Assembly: GCA_963721805.1 (NCBI GenBank)
Contig: CAVRJY010000001.1
Location: 1,120,001-1,184,000 of the forward strand
From: Nitrospirota bacterium
GTDB lineage: Bacteria > Nitrospirota > Thermodesulfovibrionia > Thermodesulfovibrionales > JdFR-86
Length of the DNA: 64,000 nucleotides
Reading direction: 5' to 3'
Positions 48,961-61,264 of the stretch are shown piece after piece (the stretch's first letter is position 1; each line of letters begins with the position of its first letter). The translations under genes were made by a program, and so were the position numbers. The notes beneath the pieces are model-generated. The model saw only the letters and a list, made by a program, of their open reading frames with translations. It did no database searches and was not told the DNA's origin.

Positions 48961-51047
48961 GTGAGGAGGTCACCGGGGTCTGCGCTATCCTCGGAAGCCT
49001 TTATCTGGGCATCTGCCTCCTGAGCTACGATGCTTGGGACAACGCGTTGTTCGCATACTCCGAGGCCCCGGTGCACAATATGGGCGGTGTCGTCGGCGCA
49101 TACCTGGCCGACGCGATGGCGGGCACGCTCGGCATTGGCGCGGCGGCGATTCCGGTATTCCTGCTCTCATACGGGATCAAGTGCCTGCTAGGCCGCGAAC
49201 ACTTCAAGGTCCATGCGCTCGGGGCCGTGCTCTTCGTTTTTTCGGCCGCGCTGTGGGCCGCGCTGCTCTCCGGCTCCCTCGGCATACAGTATGACATCGG
49301 CGGCATAGTCGGCAGGGTCGCGGGCTCCGCGCTTCAGGCGTCCATTTCTCAGGTCGGCGCGTATATCGTCGCTCTCGCCGGACTCCTGTCCTCGATCATT
49401 ATGCTGAGCCCCGTCTCGCTCATCCATCTGATAATGAACTCGCGCCGCGAGGCCGTACCGGTTAAGGCCAGGCAGGAGGAACTTTTCAGCAAGACCCCCG
49501 AGCCAGCAGAACCCATCGAGTTCGAGGAAGAGAACGAGGAATATGAAATTGTAGTGCCGGATACCACGCCTGTGGCGATGGCAGCCGAGCCGCTTTCGCT
49601 TCCGCTCGATGCATACGAGCCGCTTACGACGCATCGCAAGGTAAAAGAGGGCGGCTACGTGCTCCCGCCGCTGGACTTCCTCAAGCAGTACGAGCCTGCG
49701 CAGCGCGCTACAAAGGAAGAGCTTCAGCAGCGCTCGGCATTATTGGAGGCCAAGCTCGGGGACTTCGGGGTGCAGGGCAAGGTCGTGCAGGTCCATACCG
49801 GCCCGGTCGTTACTATGTACGAGTTCGAGCCCGCGCCCGGCGTGAAGATCAACCGCATCGTCTCGCTCTCGGACGACCTCGCGCTCACGCTCAAGGCGCG
49901 GAGCATCCGCATTTCGACGATGCCGGGCAAGTCCACCATCGGCATCGAGATCCCGAACGACAAGCCCGAGACCGTCTCGCTCCGCGAGATGCTGTCTTCG
50001 GAGCCCTTCAGGCGCGGGGGCTCGATGCTCACATTCGCGCTCGGCAAGGACATATTCGGCAACCCTGTGGTCACCGACCTTCAGCGCATGCCGCACCTAC
50101 TCGTGGCCGGCGCGACTGGCTCGGGCAAGAGCGTCTCGATCAACTCGATGGTGATGAGCCTGCTATACCGCGCCTCCCCTGACGAGGTCAAGATGCTGAT
50201 GATAGACCCCAAGCTCATCGAGCTATCGGTATACGACGGCATACCGCACCTGATCGCCCCTGTCGTGACCAGCCCCAAGGAGGCCACCGAGATGCTCAGG
50301 CGCATGGTCTTCGAGATGGAGCGGCGCTACAGGATGATCGCCGAGAAGGGCGTCCGCAACATCGACAGCTATAACGCCGATGTCCCCGAGGGGGAGCGCC
50401 TGCCTTATATCGTCGTATTCATCGACGAGCTCGCGGACCTGATGTACGCCTCCGCCTCCACGGTCGAGGAATCCATAGCGCGGCTCGCGCAGATGGCCCG
50501 CGCCTCGGGCATACACCTGGTGCTCGCGACGCAGCGCCCATCGGTGGACGTCATCACCGGGCTGATCAAGGCCAACTTCCCGGCGCGCATCGCGTTTCAG
50601 GTGACCTCGCGCATCGACTCTCGCACGATCATCGACACCCAGGGCGCGGAGCACCTGATCGGCCGCGGGGACATGCTCTTCATGCTCCCCGGCACGAAGC
50701 TCGTGCGGCTTCACGGCGCGCTAGTGACCGAGGGCGAGGTCAAGAGCGTCGTGGACTTCGTCAAGGCCCAGGGCAAGCCGGACTACAGCGTGATGGAGGC
50801 TATAGCGGAGGCCGAGCAGGAGGCCGCGGTCGTGGCCGAGGCCGAGGGGGACCGCGACGAGCTATACATCAAGGCCGTGCAGCTAGGCGAGAGCACCGGC
50901 GAGGTCTCGATAAGCTCGATCCAGCGCAGGCTGAAGGTCGGGTATAACCGCGCCGCGCGCATCATGGAGCTGATGGAGGAAGACGGCCTCGTCGGCCCTC
51001 CCAAGGCCGCCGGCAAACCGCGCGATTACCTCGGGCGCAGGATTTAA
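48936..51047 (+). CDS. ftsK: DNA translocase FtsK
   Basis: N-terminal TMs; PHLLVAGATGSGKS, IDELADLM, LATQRPS and gamma-domain GYNRAAR. Confidence 0.95.
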   Translation: MVEMVRRVSEEVTGVCAILGSLYLGICLLSYDAWDNALFAYSEAPVHNMGGVVGAYLADAMAGTLGIGAAAIPVFLLSYGIKCLLGREHFKVHALGAVLFVFSAALWAALLSGSLGIQYDIGGIVGRVAGSALQASISQVGAYIVALAGLLSSIIMLSPVSLIHLIMNSRREAVPVKARQEELFSKTPEPAEPIEFEEENEEYEIVVPDTTPVAMAAEPLSLPLDAYEPLTTHRKVKEGGYVLPPLDFLKQYEPAQRATKEELQQRSALLEAKLGDFGVQGKVVQVHTGPVVTMYEFEPAPGVKINRIVSLSDDLALTLKARSIRISTMPGKSTIGIEIPNDKPETVSLREMLSSEPFRRGGSMLTFALGKDIFGNPVVTDLQRMPHLLVAGATGSGKSVSINSMVMSLLYRASPDEVKMLMIDPKLIELSVYDGIPHLIAPVVTSPKEATEMLRRMVFEMERRYRMIAEKGVRNIDSYNADVPEGERLPYIVVFIDELADLMYASASTVEESIARLAQMARASGIHLVLATQRPSVDVITGLIKANFPARIAFQVTSRIDSRTIIDTQGAEHLIGRGDMLFMLPGTKLVRLHGALVTEGEVKSVVDFVKAQGKPDYSVMEAIAEAEQEAAVVAEAEGDRDELYIKAVQLGESTGEVSISSIQRRLKVGYNRAARIMELMEEDGLVGPPKAAGKPRDYLGRRI

Positions 51048-51154
51048 CCGAGCCCAGCTGTATGCCGCCACGGTGCATTTTCCTGCATGTTTGTTTTAAA
51101 ATATCAGACTAAATTCATATGGAGCATTCTGTGAATATACAGAGGGAGGAAGAC

Positions 51155-53597
<2,443 letters not shown>

Positions 53598-53656
53598 AGC
53601 TCATTTAAAATTCTCGTTTCCCTTGAATTTTAAATGGGTAGCGGAAGGGTTAATTC

Positions 53657-53694
53657 AAAGCACCCGTTGGAGCCATCCAACGGGTGCTTTTTTT
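53657..53694 (+). terminator. Rho-independent terminator after ahcY
   Basis: AAAGCACCCGTTGGA-GCCA-TCCAACGGGTGCTTT followed by TTTT. Confidence 0.85.
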
Positions 53695-54076
53695 ACTTTA
53701 GCGTCGAGAAAATCGGCGGGAGGCGGCGGGGCTTGCCGTCAAGGCCGGTGTGCGCGATGGTCACGACCGCCTCGGCTATCAGGAGGTCGCCCTTGAGGAT
53801 CAGGTGCCGAAGCCTCAGCGACGCAGGCCGGACCTCCTGCACCTCGGTAGTGATATGCAGGATGTCGCCCAGGCGGGCTGGCTTGCGGTAGTCGACCTCG
53901 ACGCGCGCCACGACGTACAGCTCGCCCGCCGCATGGCGCTCCGCGATGTCGAGGCCGTTGGCGGCCAGAAACTCCGTACGCGCGCGCTCGAGGTATCTCA
54001 GGTAATTTCCGTAATAGACCACGCCTCCGGCGTCTGTGTCCTCATAGTAGATCTTGACCTCGAATCTGTGGGGCAT
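53693..54076 (-). CDS. YbgC/4HBT-family acyl-CoA thioesterase
   Basis: IYYEDTDAGGVVYYGNYLRYLERARTE and YRKPARLGD. Confidence 0.9.
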   Translation of the reverse strand: MPHRFEVKIYYEDTDAGGVVYYGNYLRYLERARTEFLAANGLDIAERHAAGELYVVARVEVDYRKPARLGDILHITTEVQEVRPASLRLRHLILKGDLLIAEAVVTIAHTGLDGKPRRLPPIFSTLK

Positions 54077-54078
54077 GG

Positions 54079-54201
54079 TTATCTCTTCCTCAGTCGCCAC
54101 TCGGGCACAGGCGCGTCGACCGTGTATATCGGGTTTGCCATCGTCCACCAGCCCTCCTGCGGCTTCGAGGTAAACAGGAACTTGCGCCGCGTAGTTCCCA
54201 T
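54079..54201 (-). CDS. Putative 40-aa small protein MGTTRRKFLFTSKPQEGWWTMANPIYTVDAPVPEWRLRKR
   Basis: TGATG overlap with the peptidase stop; GGAGG upstream; fills the gap to within 2 nt of the thioesterase ATG. Confidence 0.45.
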   Translation of the reverse strand: MGTTRRKFLFTSKPQEGWWTMANPIYTVDAPVPEWRLRKR

Positions 54202-55958
54202 CACGCCTCCAGGGAGCTTATCATGTCCCCGACCACGCGGAATCCCCCGCGCCAGAACTCGGGGTCGTGCATCGGCACCCCGGCCTCGCTAAGTATATCG
54301 GCCGGGCTCTGCGCGCCGCCATGGCGCAAGATAGTCAGTATCCCCTCTGCCGCCTGCTGGCCCTGCTCCTGATACCGGCGGTATAGCGCGAGCGAGAGCA
54401 GCATCCCGAAGCTGTACGCATAGCAGTAAAACGGCGTGTGGTACATATGCGGGATCGCGAGCCACTCGCTGTGGAAGACCTCATCGACCTCGACCGCGTC
54501 GCCGAACTGGCGCGAGAGCGTTCGGCCGTATAGCGCGCTCAGCTCTTCTATCGTTGCGCCCTCCGAGACCGCCTTATGGGCCTCGGTCTCGAATATAGTG
54601 AAGTAAGCCTGGCGCAGCACCGTGGCGTAGACGTTATCGACTGTCTCGGCGATGATGTCGCGCCGGGCCCCGGGGTCGGTCTCGGCCTTAAGGAGCGCGT
54701 CCGTCAGCAGCATCTCGCTGAAAACCGATGCGGTCTCGGCCAGCGGGAGCGGGGCGTTGTACGTCAGCAGCGAATGCCCGGAGGCCAGCATCGCGTGCAC
54801 CGCATGGCCGAGCTCGTGCGCGAGCGTCGCGACCTGCCGGGGCTCGCCGGTGTAGTTGACCAGCACCCATGGGGTGAGCGAGGGGAGCACGCCGTAGCAA
54901 AACGCGCCGCCGCGTTTTCTGGCGCGGGGCTCCGAGTCGATGTGGCGCGCGTCGAAGACGCGCCGGGCGAGCTCCGAGGCCTCGGGCGAGAACTTCCCGA
55001 GGCACTGAAGCACCATCTCCACGGCCTCGCCATACGGGATGCGGCGCTCCTGCTTCTTGCGTATCGGGGCGTAGAGGTCGAACCGCCTGAGTTTAGGAGA
55101 CCCCAGCCATCCGGCCTTCATCCTGAAGTAGCGGTGGAATACCGGGGCCTCCTGCTCGCAGACCTCCAGAAGCGTGCTTATCACTGCATCCGGGATGTCG
55201 TTTGAGAGGTTGCGCACCGCTATGGGCGATCTGAATTTCCTGAGCGTCATGTTCTCGCTCGCCCAGTCCATAGCGGTGTGGACGTATATCTGCCCGAGCA
55301 CCGCGCTGTCTTCGGCATAGGGCTTGAACTGCTCGCGGTACGCGGCCTCGCGGACGCTGGCCTCGGGGTGGCGGACGTATGCCATCAGGGCGTCGCGCGT
55401 AAGCTCAAGCTGCTTGCCCTCGAGCTCTATATGGTATTTGTATTTGTTCGTGAGCATGTCGTATATGCGGGTTATCGCGTTCGGGCCGTGGAGGTTCTTA
55501 AGCGCTATGATGCGCTCCTCCGGCTCGGTGAGCGTATGGTCCTTAAACAACCGCTCCTGGTAAAGGTAATAGGCGTTATCCCCGGTGCCGGACATCAGCC
55601 TCTGAGCTGCTTCCTCAGGAAGCGACTTCCACCAGAGCGTCAGGAACAGGACGCGGTTGCTTGCGTCCGCAAGCGCCTGCTCGGACCGCGAGACGAACGA
55701 GAGCGCGGTGGTGTTTAGCGTGTCCTCCGAAAACCAGAGCTGCCCGTATGCGCCTATGCGTGTCGCTGTCTCGGCGAACTCCACGAGCGCCCGCATTACG
55801 GCCGAGAACGCCTCGGCCGTTATATCGGGTGAGAGTGTCGGACGCAAGGCCTCTATCGCGGCGGTTGCGGCTTCCAGCTTGGAGTATGCATCTGCGATGG
55901 CCTGCGGATTGTCGGGCGGGAAAAGGTCAGTAAGATTCCATTTTTGCGGCTCCATCAA
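54201..55958 (-). CDS. M3B oligoendopeptidase F-like
   Basis: WNLTDLF, GGAFC, TLAHELGH, AETASVF and PFYCYAY. Confidence 0.92.
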   Translation of the reverse strand: MMEPQKWNLTDLFPPDNPQAIADAYSKLEAATAAIEALRPTLSPDITAEAFSAVMRALVEFAETATRIGAYGQLWFSEDTLNTTALSFVSRSEQALADASNRVLFLTLWWKSLPEEAAQRLMSGTGDNAYYLYQERLFKDHTLTEPEERIIALKNLHGPNAITRIYDMLTNKYKYHIELEGKQLELTRDALMAYVRHPEASVREAAYREQFKPYAEDSAVLGQIYVHTAMDWASENMTLRKFRSPIAVRNLSNDIPDAVISTLLEVCEQEAPVFHRYFRMKAGWLGSPKLRRFDLYAPIRKKQERRIPYGEAVEMVLQCLGKFSPEASELARRVFDARHIDSEPRARKRGGAFCYGVLPSLTPWVLVNYTGEPRQVATLAHELGHAVHAMLASGHSLLTYNAPLPLAETASVFSEMLLTDALLKAETDPGARRDIIAETVDNVYATVLRQAYFTIFETEAHKAVSEGATIEELSALYGRTLSRQFGDAVEVDEVFHSEWLAIPHMYHTPFYCYAYSFGMLLSLALYRRYQEQGQQAAEGILTILRHGGAQSPADILSEAGVPMHDPEFWRGGFRVVGDMISSLEA

Positions 55959-57070
55959 TGCCTCCTCAGGCTCAGGCCCCGCGCAATGCGCGCGATGCCG
56001 GGCGTATGGCGTTTGATCGCCCTGTGCGGGCAGATCTCAAGACAGCAATAACAGCGGATGCACTTCTCGTAATCGAACTGCAGGCCGCTGCCGGTGTTGG
56101 TGATGGCCTTCGCCGGGCAGATATTTATGCACTCGCCGCAGAGCTTGCATATGGACGGGACGCTGCGCGGCCTCACGGTGATGTGCCGCCGCATGAATCC
56201 GTGCGCAAAGCGGGGGCCGAAGAGCAGGTCCTTCGTGTCCGGCCTTACGAATCCCTTGACGTGCGGAAGGCTGCCGGATACCGCGCAGTCAAGCGGCATG
56301 CCCAACCGCTCTGCGGCCCGGTTCGTAAGCAGCTCGCGCGGCTCAATACCGAGCATCCGGCATACCGCGACGTCGATAGAGAGAGCTTCGTTGCTCCCCA
56401 TCAGGGCGCCCAGGTGGCGCGGCGTGCCCCCCGCGCCCGGGCCGTCGCCCTCGAGGCAGAGGATGCCGTCCATAAGGTTTATTGCCGGGTTCACGGTCTT
56501 ATATATCGTGGCCAGAAGCTCCGCGAAGAGCTCGCGGTTCTCTCCGATGCGGAAGTGCCACTCCGGCTTGCGCATCCCGACTACGCAGCCGAAGAGGTTC
56601 TTCACCGCGAGCGTCAGGCCCATCTGGCCATGCGCCTTGAGCTTCGGCAGGTTGATCACCAGATCGGCGTCGAGCACGTCTCCGGAGAGTTCGAGCGTCG
56701 CCCACTTGCCTTCGAGCGCAACCGGCCTCGACGGCCCGAGCTCACGTAGATCGACATCCAGCCCCTCGAGCGCGTGGAATACGCCAGTCTTGCGCATGAT
56801 GCGCTCAAACGAGCAGATCGGAGGGCTGTCGGAAACCTGCACCAGAGCCCCGCGCCCGAGAGTATATTCCACTGCGGCGCGTATGACGAGCGGGTGCGTC
56901 GTGACCGCCTGCTCGGGGGTCGTCGCGGCGAGGAAATTGGGCTTTATAAGCACATGCATGCCCCTCTCGATCCTGCCCTGGTCGAGCCGCACCATGATAG
57001 AGAAGACCTCGGCCCTGAGCTGGTCGTAGTCGTATGAGGACGCTGTAACGATGACTTCCGGCATCATCAT
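55955..57070 (-). CDS. DUF362-family protein with C-terminal 2x[4Fe-4S] ferredoxin domain
   Basis: VLIKPN, TTHP, INLPKLKAH, AVKNLFG and EGDGP; CKLCGECINICP and CIRCYCCLEICP. Confidence 0.88.
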   Translation of the reverse strand: MMMPEVIVTASSYDYDQLRAEVFSIMVRLDQGRIERGMHVLIKPNFLAATTPEQAVTTHPLVIRAAVEYTLGRGALVQVSDSPPICSFERIMRKTGVFHALEGLDVDLRELGPSRPVALEGKWATLELSGDVLDADLVINLPKLKAHGQMGLTLAVKNLFGCVVGMRKPEWHFRIGENRELFAELLATIYKTVNPAINLMDGILCLEGDGPGAGGTPRHLGALMGSNEALSIDVAVCRMLGIEPRELLTNRAAERLGMPLDCAVSGSLPHVKGFVRPDTKDLLFGPRFAHGFMRRHITVRPRSVPSICKLCGECINICPAKAITNTGSGLQFDYEKCIRCYCCLEICPHRAIKRHTPGIARIARGLSLRRH

Positions 57071-57139
57071 ATTTTACAGTATGGCGCGGCATTCGTGAAA
57101 TCATTATAATAATCAAATGAGGTTCAGGTTAATATCCAG

Positions 57140-57715
57140 ATGAAGGTCACGGCCGGCGCAATGAAGGGCAAAAGAATATCCGCGGCTGGCGTGGGCGGCG
57201 CATCGGAGTTCGGCGCGCTTCGGGCCACCGGGGCGAAGGTCCGCGAGGCGATATTCAATATCCTCGGCCCGATGATCGAGGGCGCGCGGTTTCTGGACCT
57301 CTACGCCGGCACCGGCGCGGTCGGCATGGAGGCGATGAGCCGGGGCGTGAGCCAGGTCGTCTTTGTCGAGGCCGACCCGGCCAGGGCCAAGCGCCTCCAA
57401 ACGCTCCTGTGCGACTGCGGCTGCAGGCTCAAGTCCGTGATCGTAAACCGCAGGGCCTCGGAGTACGTCATCGACGCTGCCGCGAAGGGCGCCAGATTCG
57501 ACGTCATATTCATCGACCCTCCATACCATACCGGCGAGCTTTCCACTGTACTGATGGCGATGGCGTCCTCCGACATCCTGTCCCCGGACGGCGTGCTTCT
57601 GGTCGAGCACATAAAGAAGGCCGCGCTCCCGGACGAGCTCGGCAGCCTCCGCAAGCGCAAGTCATACAAATACGGCGACACGATGCTTACACAGTACAGG
57701 AGGCTATCGGAGTGA
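57140..57715 (+). CDS. rsmD: 16S rRNA m2G966 methyltransferase
   Basis: KVREAIFN, LDLYAGTG, IFIDPPY and YGDT; adjacent to coaD. Confidence 0.9.
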   Translation: MKVTAGAMKGKRISAAGVGGASEFGALRATGAKVREAIFNILGPMIEGARFLDLYAGTGAVGMEAMSRGVSQVVFVEADPARAKRLQTLLCDCGCRLKSVIVNRRASEYVIDAAAKGARFDVIFIDPPYHTGELSTVLMAMASSDILSPDGVLLVEHIKKAALPDELGSLRKRKSYKYGDTMLTQYRRLSE

Positions 57716-58194
57716 AAAAGACCGCCGTATACCCGGGGAGCTTCGACCCGCTCACGAACGGACATCTGGACCTGGTGAAGCGGGGCCTCAGGATATTCGA
57801 CGAGATAGTGATAGCGGTGGCCGTCAGCTCGCGCAAGGGGACGCTCTTCACGCTGGAGGAGCGCATCGCGCTGCTTAAAGAGGCGGTCTCTGAGTATCAA
57901 AACGTATCGGTCGAGTCATTCGACACGCTGCTTGTCGATTATGTCAAAAAGAAGGACGCGGTAGCTATTATCAGGGGCCTGCGTGCGGTCTCGGACTTCG
58001 AGTACGAGATGCAGATGGCGCTCATGAACCGCAAGATGGAGCACAACGTCGAGACCGTATTCATGATGCCGTCGCTTAGGTACATCTTCCTCTCATCGAC
58101 CATAGTCAAGGAGGCCGCCTCGTTCGGCGGCGCGGTCGAGGGGCTCGTGCCCGAGCACGTAGCGGCCGCGCTCAAGTCCAAGTTCACGGGATGA
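57712..58194 (+). CDS. coaD: Phosphopantetheine adenylyltransferase
   Basis: YPGSFDPLTNGH, IRGLRAVSDFEYE and LSSTIVKE. Confidence 0.96.
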   Translation: MKKTAVYPGSFDPLTNGHLDLVKRGLRIFDEIVIAVAVSSRKGTLFTLEERIALLKEAVSEYQNVSVESFDTLLVDYVKKKDAVAIIRGLRAVSDFEYEMQMALMNRKMEHNVETVFMMPSLRYIFLSSTIVKEAASFGGAVEGLVPEHVAAALKSKFTG

Positions 58195-59844
58195 TCATCT
58201 CCGTCTAACCGCGCCGTTGCCATCGTTCGTGCGGCCCTCCGCGGCATAGACCTCCGCCAGCAGCCGTCTCGGCCTCGGGTCAGCGGGGTCCTGGGCGATC
58301 AGCCCCTGCGCGGTCGCCTCCAAGGCGCCCCAGAGCGCCCCCTTGTCGAGCCCCGCGAGCGCGGGCGCGGCATCCACTCTCACGAAGACGAGCGCGACGC
58401 CGTCCTGGTAACTGAGCTTCCATGAGGGGTCCTTAAGGAGCTTGAAGACCAGCCCCGGCACGTTTAGGGTATTGGGGTCGAAGGGATGGATCATGACAGT
58501 GGCGATCCCCCATCTTTTAAATACCTCGTCTTGGTCCCCCATGTATGCGCGTGAGTATTCGTTCAGCACGCCCGCATCGAGCGCGCGGCCGTCGATGAAG
58601 TCCTGCTGCGCGGGATAGAGCCCCCACGTGACGATGTCGCCCCACTCATACGGGTGAAAGATCCGGGGCGGAAGGCCGCGATTTTTGATATACGCGATCG
58701 CGCCCGCCGGGATGCTGGCCCTCGCCGGGCCGCCGACGGCCAGCGCGTTATAGGGATACAGAATTGTGCCGAGCACCGCCATCAGCGCGCCGAGCGCCGC
58801 AATCTGGAGGCCGGGCATGCGGCCCTTGAGCCCCCCGCAGCAGACCGCAAGCTGCCTTGCGCATATGACCGTGGCCACGAGAAAAAACAGGATGCAGAAC
58901 CTGAAATGGGCGTAGCCCTCATACCCGAAGCCAGCAAGCAGCATGGCGTGCGCCGGGTCGACCCTGCGCCACGTAAGGAGCACGGCCGCCGCGACGGCCG
59001 CCCCGAACCCGAGCACGACGTACGGGAGCGAGGGAGAGGCTTCATAAGCCGCGTACTGCCAAAGCGGCAGGTACTCGTTGATCGTCTGCACGGTCGAGCT
59101 GCGCATCTCGGCCGCGTTTACGGCGAGGGCCTCGAACCCGGCCGGGTTTATGCCGGCCGAGAGCATCATCACGGCGCAGAGCGCCAGGAAGCGCAGCAGC
59201 AGTCCGCTGGCCAGCGGCTCGCGCCTGAGGGCGGCCCTCCCAAGCTCGGCCAGCGCATATACGGCGATGACCGCGTGACCCAGCATATAGCCCCGGTGCA
59301 CGTTGGCCCAGATTACCATCAGCGCCGGCCCGGCCGCGAGCAGCCACCAGGACAGCATCTTTCCTGCGCGCAGCCTGGCCGTAACAGCATCCATGTACCC
59401 TACGATCGCGACGACGAGCGTGAAGGAGATGAGCTGCGGTCTGAGGTCGTCATAGAAGCGGAGCAGATAGACCGAGGGCAGGGTGATGATGAGCGCGGCC
59501 ACGGGGTCGAGACCCTCGTGCACTGCAAGCCGCCAGGCCGCGAATATCCCAAACGCAAGCAGCGCGGCCTTAAGCGCGACCAGCCCATAGAGCCCCGCAG
59601 CGGCGTATGCGGCGTAGATGATGACCTGCGCGAGCCAGAAACCCTTCAGCACGACGTCGGTCCTGATGTTTGGAGCAATTTGCGCTGAGGTATATGAAAA
59701 CGGGTCCTGCTGCGGCAGGGCGTGGTGCTCAGCAATCCATTTGCCGGTGCCCAAGTGCCACCATAAGTCCCCGGTCCCGAGCGGGGTCAGGAAGGCCAGC
59801 AATACGAACGCGAAGAATATAACCGGTATGACCAGTCGCCTCAT
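58195..59844 (-). CDS. Polytopic membrane protein (possible GT-C fold)
   Basis: DLWWHL-G-WI, DPFSYT, RPQL, WANVH, INEY, WGD and FIDGR; many TM segments. Confidence 0.7.
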   Translation of the reverse strand: MRRLVIPVIFFAFVLLAFLTPLGTGDLWWHLGTGKWIAEHHALPQQDPFSYTSAQIAPNIRTDVVLKGFWLAQVIIYAAYAAAGLYGLVALKAALLAFGIFAAWRLAVHEGLDPVAALIITLPSVYLLRFYDDLRPQLISFTLVVAIVGYMDAVTARLRAGKMLSWWLLAAGPALMVIWANVHRGYMLGHAVIAVYALAELGRAALRREPLASGLLLRFLALCAVMMLSAGINPAGFEALAVNAAEMRSSTVQTINEYLPLWQYAAYEASPSLPYVVLGFGAAVAAAVLLTWRRVDPAHAMLLAGFGYEGYAHFRFCILFFLVATVICARQLAVCCGGLKGRMPGLQIAALGALMAVLGTILYPYNALAVGGPARASIPAGAIAYIKNRGLPPRIFHPYEWGDIVTWGLYPAQQDFIDGRALDAGVLNEYSRAYMGDQDEVFKRWGIATVMIHPFDPNTLNVPGLVFKLLKDPSWKLSYQDGVALVFVRVDAAPALAGLDKGALWGALEATAQGLIAQDPADPRPRRLLAEVYAAEGRTNDGNGAVRRR

Positions 59845-59847
59845 AGT

Positions 59848-61263
59848 CTACCTCCTCAACTTTCCGCTCGCGGTGCGGGGCAGGGCGGACACTATCTCGA
59901 TGGCCTTCGGGACCTCGTACGACGCGAGCATGCGATAGCAGTAACGGCGTATCCCGTCGGCAGCCGTATCCGGGTCGGCCCCTTCGCGCAGGACGACCCT
60001 CGCTGCCGGGAGCTGCCCGTAATGCGGATGGGGCTCGGCGTAAACGATTGATTCCAGCACGAGCGGGTGGCGGTTTAGGACATCCTCGACCTCCGCGGCG
60101 AAGACCTTCATCCCGGCGAAGTTGATCACGTCCTTGGTCCTCCCGACGATGAAGAGAAACCCGTCGCGGTCGATCCGCCCTATGTCGCCGGTGCGGAACC
60201 AGCCGTCCTTCAATATCTCACTCCGCGTCCTGAAGGGTGAGTAATAGGCGTCCAGCATGCCGGGGCCGCGCAGCCATATCTCCCCCGCTCCGGTCTCGTC
60301 CGGTGCCTCTATGCGCAGTTCGTAGTCCGGCAGCGTGCGGCCGACGGACCCGGGCGGGTTGCCCGGAAATCTGATAAACGGGAGCCCAACCTCTATGATG
60401 CCGTAGGCCTCGCTGAGTTCCATGCCGAACTTGACCCTGAACGCCCCGGCCAGCTCGTCCGGGAGCTTCATCGCGGTCGATACCGCGAGCCTCACTCCGC
60501 TGAGCGCATCGCGGGGGACGAACCCGGCGCTTGTGAGCATGCGGTAGTGAAACGGCGAGGCATAGATAAGCGTGCCGCGCCGCGACGTGACGGCCTCTAG
60601 CATCGAGTCCGGGAAGCGTCTAGTGGAGCATACCAGTATCGTCGCGCCCTTGCGCAGAAAAAGCAGTATCGTCACGACGAAGTGAAAGCTCATCGAGAGC
60701 ACCCAGACTATCCTGTCACTGGGTGTGATCATAAGACCCCGCTGGGCCGCGTCCGTGCGCTCGTGGATCGCTCGGTGAGAGAGCACCACGCCCTTGCTCG
60801 ACCCGGTGGTGCCGGAGCTGAAGCGTATGAACGCGGGGTCGAGGCCGCAAAACCCCTCGGGAGGGGCGGCTGCGGCGCGCCGCTCGATGATAAAACCTGC
60901 CAGACCGTCCGCATCAAGAGGCGCTGCGGCGGGGTATAGGGTGCTATTGGAGATCACGAACTCCACGCCGATCTTCTCGATGATCTCGTCCGTCTCGGCC
61001 TCGCTCTGCTCCGGCGCTATCGGGACGATCACGGCGGAGAGCGAGAGCACCGCGAGGCTGCATGCGATATACTCGACCCCGTCGTCGCACTTAAGCGCGA
61101 CGCGGTGGCATGGGAGCACGCCGTGGCCCGCGAGAGATAAGGCTATGCGCTCCGAAAGCGCGATGAGCTCTGAATACGTCACCTCGCGGCCCCCGTCGGC
61201 TACCGCGATATTCCCGGCATATGGCGCGGACTCTGCCTTTATCGTCTCGAATATGTTTTGCAT
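59848..61263 (-). CDS. AMP-dependent acyl ligase (ANL superfamily)
   Basis: FSSGTTGSSKG, AYGIIE, WFRTGDIG, GRTKDVI and PRTASGK. Confidence 0.9.
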   Translation of the reverse strand: MQNIFETIKAESAPYAGNIAVADGGREVTYSELIALSERIALSLAGHGVLPCHRVALKCDDGVEYIACSLAVLSLSAVIVPIAPEQSEAETDEIIEKIGVEFVISNSTLYPAAAPLDADGLAGFIIERRAAAAPPEGFCGLDPAFIRFSSGTTGSSKGVVLSHRAIHERTDAAQRGLMITPSDRIVWVLSMSFHFVVTILLFLRKGATILVCSTRRFPDSMLEAVTSRRGTLIYASPFHYRMLTSAGFVPRDALSGVRLAVSTAMKLPDELAGAFRVKFGMELSEAYGIIEVGLPFIRFPGNPPGSVGRTLPDYELRIEAPDETGAGEIWLRGPGMLDAYYSPFRTRSEILKDGWFRTGDIGRIDRDGFLFIVGRTKDVINFAGMKVFAAEVEDVLNRHPLVLESIVYAEPHPHYGQLPAARVVLREGADPDTAADGIRRYCYRMLASYEVPKAIEIVSALPRTASGKLRR

Positions 61264-61264
61264 G

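Noticed and set aside
51048..51154. SAM riboswitch upstream of metK
   Set aside because: Short spacer with no SAM-I/II consensus that I can recognise
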